Below, piece after piece: positions 18,093-35,517 of a stretch of 64,000 nucleotides of DNA; positions within the stretch are counted from its first letter, which is position 1, and each line of letters starts with the position of its first letter. The DNA comes from the human T2T-CHM13v2.0 reference genome, Homo sapiens: assembly GCF_009914755.1 (NCBI RefSeq), contig NC_060941.1. One strand, 5' to 3'. Under the pieces are notes generated by a model, which saw only the letters and a list, made by a program, of their open reading frames with translations, was not told the origin of the DNA and did not search any database. The position numbers and the translations under genes are program-made.

Positions 18093-19094
18093 GACCAAGG
18101 TTAGCGCACAGGTCATGAACTGGTCAAGCTCCATCATGGTCACTCTCAAGGCAAAGCGACAGCTTGGCCCTGCCTATTTCCCTCCATCTGCAGACTATGT
18201 GCTGCTTTCTATGATGTCCGTCCCACCACAAGGCAGTCCTTGCCACTCACTGTCCCCTATTCCTCCTGGATTCCAGCGCCCAAGCAGGAGGGGAGTGTGT
18301 GGGGAGAAAGTCACACAGCATGGGCCTGGGACCCTGAGGGCATCTAGGGCTGGACACCCCCCACCAGAGTCCAGGCCAAAAGAAGTCCCCAAATCAACAC
18401 TATTGGGTCTTACTAGGGCTTTCCAGCTTCAAGTCAAATGCTACAGACTGTGACTCTCCCACGTTCCTGAGGGGACTACAGAAGACCCACAAGCTAATGG
18501 GTGTGCCCCTGGAGGAGGTCGCTAGATAAACAGAAAGAGAGGAACTTCAGAAGAGAAAGAATCTGCTGCGACCGCTCGAGTACCAAGAACGCTTGAGCAG
18601 CAGCTCAGCAGCACCAGGCAGACTCTGGCTTGGCTCCTCTTCCTTTGTTTCTGACCAGCTGCGGCCAATGCCTACAGGCTTGAGACCTAGTTCCAGAAGG
18701 CGGCCAGCACCTGGAACTGTGGAGCCTCCATCAGTAATGCCCAGGATCACCAGCACCCAGATTTCCCAGGGCTACCAAAGTCTAGGGCCACTGTCTCCAA
18801 TAGTCATTAGCAGGACCACTGATGCCTAGAATCCGAGGCTACCATTAGCCAAGGTCACCTTCCCCTGGGGTTGTTGACATCTGGAACCACTTGGACCACA
18901 GGACATAGGACCTAGAACCCTGGAGGAGTCCACCCAGAGCTGCCATAAACTAGAACTCTAGGTTACCATGAGCCAGTATTGGGGGCCATAGAGTCACTGA
19001 TGTGGAGTCCATCCTTGGACTCACACTGGATTGAGAAGCTTCCTGGGGTGATGGTGCTTGGTGAATGGCTTTTCTTGTGCAGGCTCTGGGTGTA

Positions 19095-19255
19095 CCTTTT
19101 TTTATTTTATTTTTTGTTTTTTATTTTTTATTTTTGTAGAGATGGGGTCTCACCGTCATGTTGCCTAGGCTGGTCTCGAATTCCAGGGCTCAAGCAATCC
19201 TCCTACCCCAGCTTCCCCAAGTGCTGGGATTGCAGGTGTGAGCCACCACGCTGGC
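19095..19255 (-). mobile_element. Alu monomer (FLAM-like)
   Basis: Left-arm Alu sequence only. Confidence 0.8.
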
Positions 19256-20259
19256 TACCTTTCTTTATTGACTCTGCTCCATAGCAAAATATCATGGAGA
19301 CTCCTGAACCCCTTGCTTCTCTCCTACCTGGGTCCTGGGTTCTGGCTGTGAACTTTCCAAAGAGGAAACAAGAGGTGTCATGTGGGTGGGTCCTGCACAC
19401 CCAGGACCCAGGTGAGGACTGCTCAAGGAGGGAGGGGGTACATGGCCTCTAATGTGGTCTCCTCTTTTTCCAGAAAATACACTGGGAAGTAGGCCAAAGG
19501 GTGTCCTGGAGGAGGTTGTATGAATGTTCCGGAGACAGAGCAGAGCATTACTGGGGATGGATCACGGGGCCTGGCCCATCCTAATTGCATCCCCTCCATC
19601 CCATTCACCCAAAGGCCAACCTTTCTCCACATTTTTCAGCGTTAGGCACTACCGTGACCTTGCTGAGATACCCCAAGGAAAATGTGGGAAAGAACTTTTC
19701 TCTTTCCACCTCCCACCCTCCCCCAGCCAACAAATAGATGGCCTCAGAGCCTCAAAAACATGCACAGAAAAAGTTCCAAACTGTTAACAACTGAAATCTT
19801 AGCAGTATCAACAAATAAATGTTGTACATGTAAAATAATTCCCATGGGATGCCTTGGCCTGCTACCCCAAGGGTTTCCATTGCCAAGTTCAAGGTTGTCC
19901 CAGGAAGAGGGCTGCTCAGCTGTTCTCTGCCCACCCTGGCCATGGCCTCTTCTTATGAGACCTGGCCTCATCTCTGGACTGACACTGTATGTGAGGAGGG
20001 CACAAGTAAGACCTGGAGAAGGAAACTCAACTTGGGAATGGAGGAGCATTAGAGACTAGGGCCAGGAGGAAAGATAGGAAGCAGAGGATGAGGAACGACA
20101 CCTGAACAGAAAATGGTGATTCTTGCCTTGGGAATCCTCGAGTTTCCAGTGGAATCCTTGCCTAATGTAGCCAGATTCAACAGAGAGTCAGACAATTGCA
20201 TATTTCAACAGTAATAATAACCAGTCATAATAACAGCACCTAGCCTCCCTCATACATTG

Positions 20260-21265
20260 AAACATTCGTCCATTGCTGGTAGGAATGTAAATTGGTGTAA
20301 CTTCTCTGGAAAACGGTCTGGCAGTTCCTCAAAATGTTAAACATAGCGTTACCATATGACCCAGCAATTGCATTCCTAGGTATTTACCCAAGGGAATTCA
20401 AACAAATGTCCATGCAAGGACTTCCATGTGAATGTTCATAGCAGCATTATTCATAATAAGGAAAAGGTGGAAACAACCCAAATGTCCATCCACTGGTGAA
20501 TGGATAAACAAATTGTGGTATATCCATACAATGGAATATTATTTGACCATAAAAAGGAATGAAGTACTGACACACGGCTGGGTGCAGTGGCTCACACTCA
20601 TAATCGCAGCACTATGGGAGGCTGAGGCTGGCGGATCACTTGAGCTTAGGAGTTGGAGACCAGCCTGGCCAGTGTGGCGAAAACCCTGCCTCTACTAAAA
20701 ATACAAAATAATAATAATAATAATAGCCAGGTATGGTGTCATGTGCCTGTGGTCCCAGATACTTAGGAGGCTGAGGTGGGAGGATGGCTTGAGCCCAGCG
20801 GGGCAGAGGTTGCAGTGAGCCAATATGATGCCACTGCACTCCAGCCGGGGTGACAGAGCGAGACCCTGTCTCAAAACAAACAAACAAACAAACCAACAAA
20901 CAAAAACAAAGTACTGACATTGACACACAGACAACGTAAATGAGCCTCGAGAACATAATGCTAAGTGAAAGAAGCCAGACACAAAACACTACATATTGTA
21001 TGATTCCATTTATATGAAATGTCCAGAATAGAAAAATCCATAGACACAGAAAACAGATTAGTGGTTGCCTAGGACTAAGGGGAGGAGGGAATGGGAGTGA
21101 TTGCTAGTAGGTATGGGTTTTGGGAGGAGGTAATGAAAAATGCTCTGGAATTACTGGTGATGGTTGCACAACTCTGTGAATATACACTGAGTATATACAA
21201 CCCACTGAATTGTATATTTTAATAGGGTGAACTTTATGTGAATTGTATCCCCATAGAACTGTTAT
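20260..21265 (+). mobile_element. L1M (L1MB/ME-like) 3' end interrupted by an Alu (20576-20910)
   Basis: MFIAALFII...WKQPKCPS...WINKLWYIHTMEYY is L1 ORF2 C-terminus; Alu flanked by AAGTACTGACA. Confidence 0.9.
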
Positions 21266-21366
21266 TTAGAATATGCTAGGAGATTGTGTTAAGCAGGTTG
21301 ATTGCTGTTGTATTTCATTCTTACAGTGACCCCACCTGGAATTAAGGAGATATATAGTGGGGGTAG

Positions 21367-22015
<649 letters not shown>

Positions 22016-22547
22016 CTTTCTATTTCTTGAGCCCCCTGGAAGTACAATCACCCTTAAAGGATGAGGATGGTGAAGAGTTTGGAGAAGGAGCAGCATTTAG
22101 GAAAGAGTGTATACCCGCTTCTCGCATTCAACTCACTGCACTGTGTTCAGCAGTACAGTACAAGGTAGGGTGGGGAGACTATAATACTAGCTAATCTTTA
22201 TTAGGCACTTTGGCAGCAGTTGTATGTGTTTTTTTTCTTTCCATGTCATCCCAGAAAGGTGGTTTGGCCTGGAGATACCATTAACTTATTCATTACTGAA
22301 CACCATCTACAAGCCAAGCTCTGTGCTCTGGGCCATAAAACAAAGTGGGGATCAAGACAGCCAGGATCTGGTGCTCAGAGGCTTACATTCTAGTGGGGAG
22401 GGGAGGTGGATAAGAAATAAATAAACGAAAAGCAATGTCTTTCCCAATCAGCTGTAATGCAATGGAAATTAATCAGATAAAGGGGGAAGGACTGCCCTAC
22501 ATAGGCATTAAAAGAAGATTTATCTGAAAAACTGGTTTCTGAGCTAA

Positions 22548-22925
<378 letters not shown>

Positions 22926-23269
22926 CCAGCACGTTTAAAGAACAGCAAGAGAGCCAATGCAGCTGGAGCTGGGGCAGCCAGGGAGAGTGACACAAGCTAA
23001 GACACATGAGGGAGCCAGGGCCCTGTTACATAGAGCAAGCAGGTCTGCGTGAGGGACTTGATTTTTGTATTCAGTGTAGTAGGTGGCATAGGAAAGTTCT
23101 CCAGCCTTCTAATGGGAAAGAAGCTGAAGAGAACATCAGAATCCCAAGCAATAGGTCTAGTCTGATATCTCTTCATGCTTAAGGCAATTGAGTCACCTGC
23201 AACAAATCCTTTGGTTTCCCCCACAATGTCAGCTGCCTTGTACTGTCTCTGGGCTAAATGGAGCAAGAA

Positions 23270-23573
23270 TTTTTTTTTTTTTTTTTTTTTGAGACAGAGT
23301 CTCACTCTGTCACCCAGGCTGGAGCGCAATGGCGCAATCTCGGCTCACTGCAACCTCCATCTCCCAGGTTTCAGTGATTCTCCCTGCCTCAGCCTACCGA
23401 GTAGTTGGGATTACAGGCGCCCGCCACTGTGCCCAGCTAATTTTTGTATTTTTAGTAGAGACAGGGTTTTGCCATGTTGGCCAGGCTGGTCTTAAACTCC
23501 TGACCTCAGGTGATCCACCCACCTCGGCCTCCCAAAGTGCTGGGATTACAGGTATGAGCCACGGCACTGGGCC
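23270..23573 (-). mobile_element. Alu
   Basis: Alu consensus; flanking GCAAGA repeat. Confidence 0.95.
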
Positions 23574-23923
23574 GCAAGATCTTTACCACTGGGATTCCTT
23601 CTGGTGCCTGGTGTTGACCCAATGAGGTGAGCAGCCTCCTTCCTCCTCCCTAGATGCTGCCCTCCTGAAGCATCTTCCTTCTGGGAAGTCCGGGTGGTGC
23701 ACATGAGTTTAGGTGTTATTTTTCCCGTGCTTTAGATCAAGCCCAGTCTTCAGCTGTAAATTGATTGTGAAGAAATGGAGGCTCATAGATCCCTACTTGT
23801 GCTAACCTTGTCAGAAATAGATGAGGAATGTCTGTGATGCGGAGGGTGCAATGTGCTGAAACTTACTTTCCCCATAAGATGAGATATTCAGAGTAATTCA
23901 TTTGAAATCTCGATAAGGGAACA

Positions 23924-23924
<1 letters not shown>

Positions 23925-23959
<35 letters not shown>

Positions 23960-23978
23960 TAGAGACAGAGAGAGAGAC
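23925..23978. repeat. (TG)n followed by short (AG)n microsatellite
   Basis: Seen directly in the sequence. Confidence 0.95.
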
Positions 23979-24398
23979 AAAATGCTATGGCAGGAAGTTT
24001 TCACTCGGCCAAGTTTTAACAACAAACAAGGAGCAGTTTGTGGCCAAGCAGTCAGTCCAGGGGGAAAAACAAACAGGCAGAGTGGGGGCTTGGGTGGGGG
24101 TTGCTGAGAAAGCCAGGAATGAGTTTATCATGCTGCTTCTGGGGTGAGGAAGAAACACAAAACATTTAGATCTTTCACCTGGTTGCCCACAGATACCGTG
24201 AGTAGCCAACCCTGTGGTCAGTTTCCCCTTCTTCCTGATAGAGAGAGCCCTGGTTTTGATCAGATACCCGTTCTCCCCTGGGGAAGGGATCGCCATCTTC
24301 AGCTAAGGGATAAATCATGACTCACCTAAGCCAGGTGTGGTTATTCCTTTTTCCTTTTCAGAGACTAATTTGCACATAGATGCAGTGCTAGCCAATGA

Positions 24399-24761
<363 letters not shown>

Positions 24762-25139
24762 TGCAAGAAGAAACTGTTCCTCTTATACTTCAGTTATTAC
24801 AGGAATTGTCTGCAGTCCCCAGATGTGTGGTAGCCCCTTGGCACCATGAGCTGAACTGGCAGGCACTTGGAGGGAGGGTCAAGCAGAAAAACAGAAAAAA
24901 TCTGAATTTTCAATGATGCCTTTGGGCCCCTGAATTGACCAATCCAGAGGTTCCCTACCTCTGGCCTTCTTATGTGAAATAAATTTTCCTTCTTATTTCA
25001 GGTAGGGCTTCCAGGTACTTGTATCCTGATTGATGCTGTCACTCTCACTGGAAAACAATTGGAAGGTAAGAACCATGGCTTCCACCTCTCTGGATTCCAG
25101 TACCCTACACCAAATCTGGCTTATTATAGGTGCTCAACA

Positions 25140-26096
25140 GGTGGGCGGATGTATGGGTGGGTGGCTTAATGGATGTATGGGTGGCTTGGGGAGTAGATGG
25201 ATGGATGAATGGGTGGGTGAGTGGATGGATGGGTGGGGTGGTTGGATGGGTGGGTGGATGGATGGATGGGTGGGGTGGATAGATGGGTGGGTGGGTAGAT
25301 GAGTGGATGATGGATAGGTGGGTGGATGTAGGGATGAGTGGGTGGGTAGATGGATGAATGGGTGGCTGTATGAATGTATGAATGGGTGGTCGGGTAGATA
25401 GGTGGGTAGATGGATGAAAGGGTTGGATGTGTGTGTGGGTGGATGGTGGCTGGCTGGCTAGGTGGATGAGTGGCTGGATAAATGTATGGGTGGGTGGATG
25501 GGGGTTAGATAGATGAGTTGGTGGATGGGTGAGTGACTGGGTAGATGAATGTATGGGTGGCTAGACGGCTGGATGGATGGCTGGGTAGGTGGATGTGTAG
25601 GGTGGCTGGGTGGCTGGGCAGATGAATTAGTGGGTAGATGGGTGGATGGGTGGCTGGTTAGCTGGATATATGGGTGGGTGGGAAGGTGGGTAGATGGATG
25701 TATGGGTGACTGGATGGGTAGGTGGGTGGATGGATGGGTGGATGAATGGGTGGGTGGGTAAATGAGTGAGTGGATGGATAGGTAGATGGGTGGATGGATG
25801 GGGTGGATGGGTGGATGGATGTGGTTGGTGAATGGGTGGGTGGCTGACTGGCTGGCTGGATAAATGGATGGATGGGTTGGTGGGTGCGTGGGTGGCTGGG
25901 TGGCTGGCTGACTGGATGGATGGATGGATGGATGGATGGATGGATGGATGGGTGGATGGGTGGCTGGACGGATGATGGATGGATGGATGGATGGATGGAT
26001 GGATGAACGGGTAGCTGGCTGGCTGGTTGGATGGATAGGTGATGGGAAGATGTGCAGATGAGTGGGTGGGTAGATGGATGAATGAATGTGTGGATG
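25140..26096. repeat. About 950-bp degenerate (GGAT/GGGT/GGCT)n simple repeat
   Basis: Seen directly in the sequence. Confidence 0.97.
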
Positions 26097-26233
26097 GAGC
26101 TCACCATCTCTCATGGCAACCTTATCACAGCATCTGCTCTTCTAGTTCTCATTGTATTCTCAATTCAGGTTACAGTGGACTGAAGAGGCATAAAGTTTCA
26201 AACTCAGGAGACTTGCATGAAGCCTTCACATGA

Positions 26234-26832
<599 letters not shown>

Positions 26833-27229
26833 TGGGATGACCTTCTTAGACAGCCTGTGTCACAGAATTTGTAGTTCCCTTTAAAGATGATGCTTGGAAT
26901 AACCCACTTCCAGCAAGAGTGGACAGCAGCAAGAAGACTTTGTTTCATCCTTCAGCTGAGTCGTAAGTTGTTTCCTTTTGTACATGTCACACATGAAGAA
27001 GAGAGCAAGCCCTGGTGCAGGATGGCACCTGTGGCTATGAAACAGAAGAAAATCTATGGCCCTACTAGGGATTGACCCATGACCTTGACCTTTTGGGCAA
27101 GGAGCACCGACAGCTAAGCCATCATCCCCAACAGCCCAGTGTGCATCAGATGGTATGGACGTGCAGCCTGGAACAGCCCCCTGGAAGACAAACAGCCAAG
27201 TCATTAATCAGTTGCTTTACCCCTGTACT

Positions 27230-27231
27230 CT

Positions 27232-27275
<44 letters not shown>
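27230..27275. repeat. (TG)n microsatellite
   Basis: Seen directly in the sequence. Confidence 0.95.
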
Positions 27276-27278
<3 letters not shown>

Positions 27279-27889
27279 TTGGGGGATGGGGTAAGGGTAT
27301 TGTGTGCCTGTGAGTATGTGCCCAGCCCTCCAGACCAGGGTCCTCAAAGGGACCTGCCCCAGTGTGAAGGAAAGACCCCGCCCAGCAATGAGGGAGTGGC
27401 CAGGACATCTTTCCACAGCATCTGGGAGGAACGGGCAGGGCCGGATATGGGCTGCCGACCTTCTCCCTTCCTCCTGAAGAGGAAGCTCCTCCTGCGCCAC
27501 CTTTGTGCTGACCGCTGGGTGGTTACGAATGTGTTCCCTGCCTGTCGTTCTCTTCCTGAGCAGTGAGGAGCAGCTCACTCAGCCCAGCCCAGCCCCCACT
27601 CCTGAGATCCAGCCCATGAAGGAGCTCTGTGTCCTGGCTTCTGACCAGGCTGATGGGTGGGGTGGGAGGCAAGGACCAGAGGCTGAGTCAAGGCCTTCAC
27701 CCAGCCTCTTCTGGAGCATGGCTCCCTCACCTCTCCCATAAAAAATAGACATAAGGTCGGAAAGGACTTCCCTGAACTAACAGGACAGGGCCTGCAGAAG
27801 GCCTGAACCCTGGCCAGCAGACAGGTGATGAGCATGTCTACACCAGGAAGGTGGGGAATAAATTTTATTTTAAAAATTAAATTAAATTT

Positions 27890-28060
27890 ATTTAAGAGAC
27901 ATGATCTTGCTCTATCACCCAGGCTGGACTGCAGTGGTGAGATCATAGCTCACTGCAGCCTTCAACACCTGGAGTCAAGCCATCATCCTCATGCCTCAGC
28001 CTCCTGAGTAGCTGAGACTACAGGTGCATGCCACCATGCCCAGCTAATTTAATTTTATTT
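27890..28060 (-). mobile_element. Alu right-arm fragment (AluJ/FRAM-like)
   Basis: Partial Alu consensus. Confidence 0.85.
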
Positions 28061-29025
28061 AATATAACACTCCAATACCATGTATCATGTGCCCTTTATA
28101 ATTATGAACTGATATTATATAAGCCTCATAACAACCCTATGAGAAAGGTGCTCTGATTATGCCCACTTCATATAGGAAGAGGCTGAGGCACAGAGAGGTT
28201 AAGCAACTTACCCAAGATCACCCATCTAGTAAGCAGCAGAGCCCAGATCTGAATTCAGGCTGCAGAGTTGAAGCTTTTACCTAATATGCAATGCCACCTC
28301 CCAGAGGCACAAAAATAAAAGCATTGCTTGAACACCAGATGTGTGCCAGGCACTGTCACAGAGTCCTACCTGGAGCTCACTAACCAGGTACTCTCAAATA
28401 CATGATTTCATTTAGTCGTCACAAAAAACTCATAAGGAAACTGAAGGTCAGACTAGTATAAGTTGTAAAGAGTAAGTTGTATAAAGATGCACAGCCAGTC
28501 ACTGGCCCAACACAGGTCTCTCTGATGGCAAGACAAGATGGCTTTCCTCTCCACCGGGAGTACGTATCCTAGAAGCAGTTGCCAATGAAGGGAAGAGGGG
28601 CTTAGATCATTCAAGTAGCCTGCCGAGGTCAACAGACAGCAGAGGGCTGAGCCAGGATTCAAACACAGGCCTTTCTGATGCCTCTATGAGCCACTGCCAA
28701 GGCTTGGGGCTCTTCCGGGCCCAGCTCTTCCCAGGACTGCAATTCCCCAGGCGGGGCTTCCTTTGGAGGAAGAAGAAGCGGAAATGTCATGCTCTGGACC
28801 CACCTGGTAAAGAGAGGTTGACCGTGGCAGTGAGTACTCGGGGCACCTGGGGCCAGCTGACCCTTGTGCTTCAGACACAGGTGTTGGGCTCGGTGGGAAG
28901 GTCTGCTGGTCCTCTGCTCTTACCTGAGCATCTCCTCTTTCTCTCCAGCCCCAGCTCTTGGCATAAACAACACTTTGGAGACCCTCAGTGCAATTTAGCT
29001 CCCTTAACTTTTTTTTTTTTTAAAG

Positions 29026-29398
<373 letters not shown>

Positions 29399-30509
29399 TT
29401 AACCACAACTCCATTTGGGAATGGCCGGTAGAAGAGTTCAGTCTCGGCACTGTGGGAGAGCAGGCTGGGGGGCAGCTCAGCCTGGGTTACCGACCCTCTA
29501 ATCCCCCAATGGTGGAATGTGCTTGATTCCAGGAGGCTAAGGTTTGGAGGGTGGGTGAGCTGCAGAGGCTGCTATGGCCCTGCTGTTTGACGCTTCATGA
29601 TAGATGAGCCCCCAGTCCTCCTGTCTCTGTGTCCCCCCTCCTCCCCCACCACCCCCCTCACTCTGTGAGGTCTGGCTTGTGCAAGGAAGCCTGTCAGTGT
29701 CAGGACACGTTGGCCTCATGGCCCGCAGCGGGAAGGGGGCCTCTGAGGGATGCCTGCTGTCTGGCCCTCTCCTCAAGAGGGGTCCTCTCACCCTATGCCT
29801 CAGGGTCCTGGGCGCTTCCCTTTCAAAGCTGCAAAATGATCGCCATTAATGCAGCTTGTCTCCTGGAGGCGCTGAAAATAGGGTAAGGGAGGAAGGGCCC
29901 CTGACTGCCTGGCCTCCGAGAACCGGCATCGGTCTGGCTTAGTTGAGGCTGGATGTGGAAGAGAGAAGGGCACAGGCTAGCTTGGTGGATGTTGAGTGGG
30001 GATTTTGCCCGAGGGGGTGGGAGCCATTAGGACCACCCTGGGGACTGCTGTGAGTTCAGCTGTGGACTTCTGCAGAGATGTGGCCGCCATCTGGCTGCCA
30101 ATGAAAGAACCATATTGAAGCCTGCCATGCTGGGAGCAGGGGAAGACAGGCCACATCCCCAGGGTCAGCACCTGCACCTTCCGGAGACTCAGTGCCTCCC
30201 AGGGGCCTCCGTGCCTCACTCTGGCCCTAACCTGAAAGTCCCATTCACCTCCAACAGAAAGCTCACCTGGGACTGCCCTCATACCCCACTCTGAGATCCA
30301 CTCTTTCGATCTGAGGGACCTCAGAGGAGCCCAAATGGAGGAGCTATTCAGTCTGGAAAACTGGGGACCCACTTTGTACATCTGCATGAGGAGGCCCTGG
30401 GCTGTCAGGCTGGGAGAGGTGGGTCTGGTGGAAGAAGTACCATCCAAGGCAGCTCTGCCTTCCAGGAGCCTGCAGTCTCATCAGAGGCCAAAGGTTACAA
30501 TCCAGACCA

Positions 30510-31091
<582 letters not shown>

Positions 31092-31130
31092 CTCTAGACG
31101 CTGTGGCTTGGGCCATGGCAACAGCACCTT

Positions 31131-31262
31131 TATTTTTTGTTTAACTTTTCTTTTAAGTTCAGGGGTACATGTGCAGGTTTGTTATATACGTAAACTTGTG
31201 TCAGATATTAAGCCTAGTATTTATTAGTTATTTTTCCTGATCCTCTCCCTCCTCCTCCCACC
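31131..31262 (-). mobile_element. Very short L1PA 3'-end insertion
   Basis: AAGTTCAGGGGTACATGTGCAGGTTTGTTA is the L1PA 3' terminus; flanked by CAGCACCTT direct repeats (31122, 31263). Confidence 0.8.
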
Positions 31263-33060
31263 CAGCACCTTCCTTTCAACAGAAGAAAATTCCAGATGGA
31301 ATGCACAAGGTACAGTGGGTTTGGAGGCATGGAGAAGCCGGTAGAACTTCCTCCTTGGAGGCTTTCAGTCTGGACTGGGCTGCTCCTCCTCCTGGCAGGC
31401 TGAAGGCAATCTAGCTGAGAGTATGGCTCCTGAGCACTGGTCCCAGGCCTGGGTTCTAGAATGTCTCTGTCTGCAGGGCTCACTTGCTGCTGTGTGTGTC
31501 ACCCGAGAGGCAGCATAGAGTAGGAAGGGGGGCACTGGATGGGGGGTCAGGACATTCAGGTTCCAGCTGGGCTCTGAATTCTGCACAATCGGGCAGATCA
31601 CATCCCTTTCTGGGCCTCAGTTTCCCTGTGGGCAAATGAGCAGGAAGGCAATTACTCAATACCCCCATCTCCCACTCTCCCCTTGAAACCCCAAGGACTC
31701 ATTGAGTGGCATGGGTCGGGATGATACAGGATCTCCTGCATGCTCAGGGCAAGTCCTGTGGCGCTCTCCTGGGTTGGCACTCTTTGCCACCTGCCAAAAA
31801 CAACCTCCGCTTCCACACTGGCCTGCCACAGCTGGAGTCAATTCACTGATATTTACTCAGCCCTCCAGTGTGCCAGATCCTCCGAGTGCCGCTGCTCTAG
31901 TGACTCTCACGGTGGGGTAAGGCATCCTCACCCCACATGGAAATGGAGTAATTCCTGAAGATGTCCTCTTAGCCATCACCTGTCTAGCTTGGAGTAGTTG
32001 AGCAGATTCATGGAAAGACATATGCACCTCTTTGTCCTCAAGAAGCATATGATCCAACCTGGAGACTGATTATGTGTGGAAAGTCAATACTCCAGCAAGG
32101 TGAATGCCAAGAACAATCAAGGCAAGGGAGTGGAAAGGCTGCCACAGGCTGAGTGGTCGGGAAGGCTGCTGGAGGAGGAGCTGGGATCTGAGCCAGCTTG
32201 GAAGCGGGGACAAATCACTTCAGGGAGCCAGCAAAGGCACACAGGTGTGAAAACACACAGTGTATTAGAGCACCCAGCATAGGATCCATGACTTGAGCCC
32301 ACGGTCAGCTCATGCAGTGCAGGGAAGCAGAGGCTCCAACTTTGGGAGGTAGAGGTGGGTTGGTCTGGGGAAGGCACGATTCCAAGCTAAGGAAGCAGGA
32401 GCAGGGAGCCACTGATGGTTCCTGAGCAGGAGCATGACATGCATATGGCGGTGCCAAGGCAGGTGAATGTGAAGGCAGGATGCTTGGAGAGGAAGGTGGG
32501 TGCAGAGGGAAATGGCCAGGAGCACCTGTGACAATCACTGTGACAATAACACTCAAAATGGAAAGCCCTTTCATGCCCCTTCTCATTTAATTCTCTTTCA
32601 ACTCAGTGAAGTACATAGAATGGGTAGTATTGCTTCCTTATTAAAGATAAAGAAAATGAGTTTCAGAGGAATTAATTGATGTGTCCAAAGGGACCAGCTT
32701 GGAGAATCAGACTCAGGCTTTGTGTCTAAAAATACTGAACTCTTTCTACTATCCCACATCTTAATGGTCCAGGAAAATGGGGTCCCAAAAGGAGACAGAG
32801 ATAACCAAAGAAGGCTCCCCAGAGGGGTGAAGTACATTGAGAGGAGAGTAGAACTCAGATAATCCAAGCATCCCTCAGAACTCTTCACACTTCAATACTG
32901 ACCTGGTGTATCTGATCCAACTGGTGCTTACATGCCCAAGGTAGGAGTCAGTGAGGCCTAAATTTAGGTCTCAGCTGGCCATCAGCCTGCTGCATAGCTT
33001 TGGATGTTTTACGTAACCCGGCTGAGTCTCAGTGTTGTTTCTCATCTGCAAATTAAGATA

Positions 33061-33365
33061 GCTGGGCACTGTGGCTCACGCCTGTAATCTCAGCACTTTG
33101 GGAGGCCAAGGTGGGTGGATCACCTGAGGTCAGGGGTTCAAGACCAGTCTGGCCAACATGGTAAAACCCCGTCTCAACTTAAAAATATAAAAATTAGCCG
33201 GGCATGGTGGCACACGCCTGTAGTCCCAGCTACTCAGGAGGCTGAGGCAGGAGAATCGCTTGAACTGGTAGGCAGAGGTTGCAGTAAGCCGAGATCACGC
33301 CACTGCACTCTAGCCTGGGTGACAGAATGAGACTCCGTCTCAAAATAAATAAAATAAATAAATAT
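33061..33365 (+). mobile_element. Alu
   Basis: Alu consensus; TSD AAATTAAGATA. Confidence 0.95.
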
Positions 33366-35209
33366 AAATTAAGATACCTGGATATGAGGAGCTCGTAAGG
33401 AATGAATGAGATCATTATTAGTGAGAGCCCAGAGTGACCAATCTCTCAGCCAGCCCCTCAAGTCTACACTAGGCCAACCCCCATCGCTTGATGTGACACA
33501 CAAGTCTGTTCCACACCCACGATTGACCAGAAGACCACCATCCTCCCCCTGCAGCTTCCCCTAGCCTCATGCCACCTCTGCCTTCCTCACACCTCCTCTC
33601 CTGCTGTCCCAAGGATGTGCACACCTACTCCCTGCTCCGTATGGCCCCAAAGAGCAGCGGGTGCAGAAGGCATTTCTCTAGTCTGGGAGGGCTTCCTAGA
33701 AATGCTGCTGAGCCCTGCGAATGCCTAATGACCATGGGAATCATTTAGCAAGAGAAAAAGCCAGACCTTTGCCCTGGCCCAGCTCACAGGTGATGGGGTT
33801 AATCGGGAATTCTTTCCCTCCTCAGGGCTGCTGGTAGGGGTCCAGCTCCCCGATGACCTGGGGACATATTAGTCAGTGATAAGTGGGGCTTTCCAGCCCC
33901 TTTTATCCTGTTTACAATACACTGGTTTTCCTTAGACAAAACCCTCCTTCCCTGCCTTGCTCCTGGCTGTTATGGCTACAAGAGACAATTTGCTGATGGA
34001 CTCTCTAGGGAGGACAACTTCCTTGGAGTCCCCTTCCCACCTCCTGCAGCACCCGGGGCAACATCCCCTCTACTTGGTGGGTCCTGGAGGGGGCCACAGA
34101 TGCTTGTTTTTCTCAGCTCATTGCAGCCTCTGAATTCACAAGTGCCACCCTGTCTGCTCAGCTTTAACCCAAGGGGGTGAGGAGAAATCCAGAGGTGACA
34201 AGATGATGTTTCCCTGGCTTTGGGGTGGGAGTGACTGGGGTCATTGTTGCTGTCCAGAGTGGAAGCCATCAGAGGTGTCCTGTTTATCTGTGTGACTCGG
34301 CCCTCTTTGGGTCACAAAGGCCAGATGATCCAGCAGCTACCTGGAGGGTGGTTTATGACAGCAGCCTGGTCCTAGTCCCCTTCTGCCACCAACAAGCTTG
34401 GCCAGCTTAGGCAGGTGAGTTAATTTCTCTGAAGTTTAGTGTCCTTGTCTAGAAAACTGGCATGGTGATGCCTGTCCTGCCTCCCATGAGGCGGATGGGA
34501 GCACAGAACGAGCCACGGCTGTCCCAGTGCCTAAAGGGGAGGCACTGTATTTGGCACTTTGCACTGATTCCAGGTGACGGCTCTTCCAGCAAGAATGGCT
34601 CCACCGCTAAGGGCGGTTTTTAATCGCCTAAAAGCCGACTTCCAAATAATTCTAGATTTCTGAAATGCCAAGCAGGTAGGATACTTAGGCGAATAAGTTA
34701 ATGAAACGGAGTCCATTTCCAGGCAACAGAAGTTTCACAAGCACCTACCTCACACCGGGCACTGAGCTGGATACCAGGAAATGCAGGGATGTAAGACACA
34801 TCTTCCACCCTCGGGCTAGTGAATGGACAACTGGGACCCCTGTGACGAGTGCTGAGAGGGAGCACCAGTGCTAAGGAAGCATGGGGAAGGGGTTCTAGCC
34901 CAGCCTAGAGGTTGGGGCCATGCCCCAAGGAAGGTGAATTCAGAATGGGACTTGAAGAATGAACAGTAATAGCTTAGGCCTGAGACAGAGGGAAGGGTGT
35001 TTGAAGCACAGGGAACAGTGCATACAAAGGCCAGAAGACACAAAGACCTTGTGAGGAGAGCTGCAATTATTCTAGTTAGGATGGCGGAAATGACCAGGAT
35101 GAGGCCAGTACCGAGGGCTCTGTCTGCCACGATGAGGATATTACTGTGTTCTCTAGACACCAGGGTGCCATCAAAAGGCTTAGCATGGCAAGGCACCAAC
35201 TGTGTTTCA

Positions 35210-35517
<308 letters not shown>

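Noticed and set aside
25458-26114. His/Pro/Ser-rich ORFs of 218 and 149 aa
   Set aside because: Translation of the (CCAT)n simple repeat
31200-34200. Intergenic lncRNA that I recall being annotated in this interval
   Set aside because: Exon structure cannot be supported from the sequence alone
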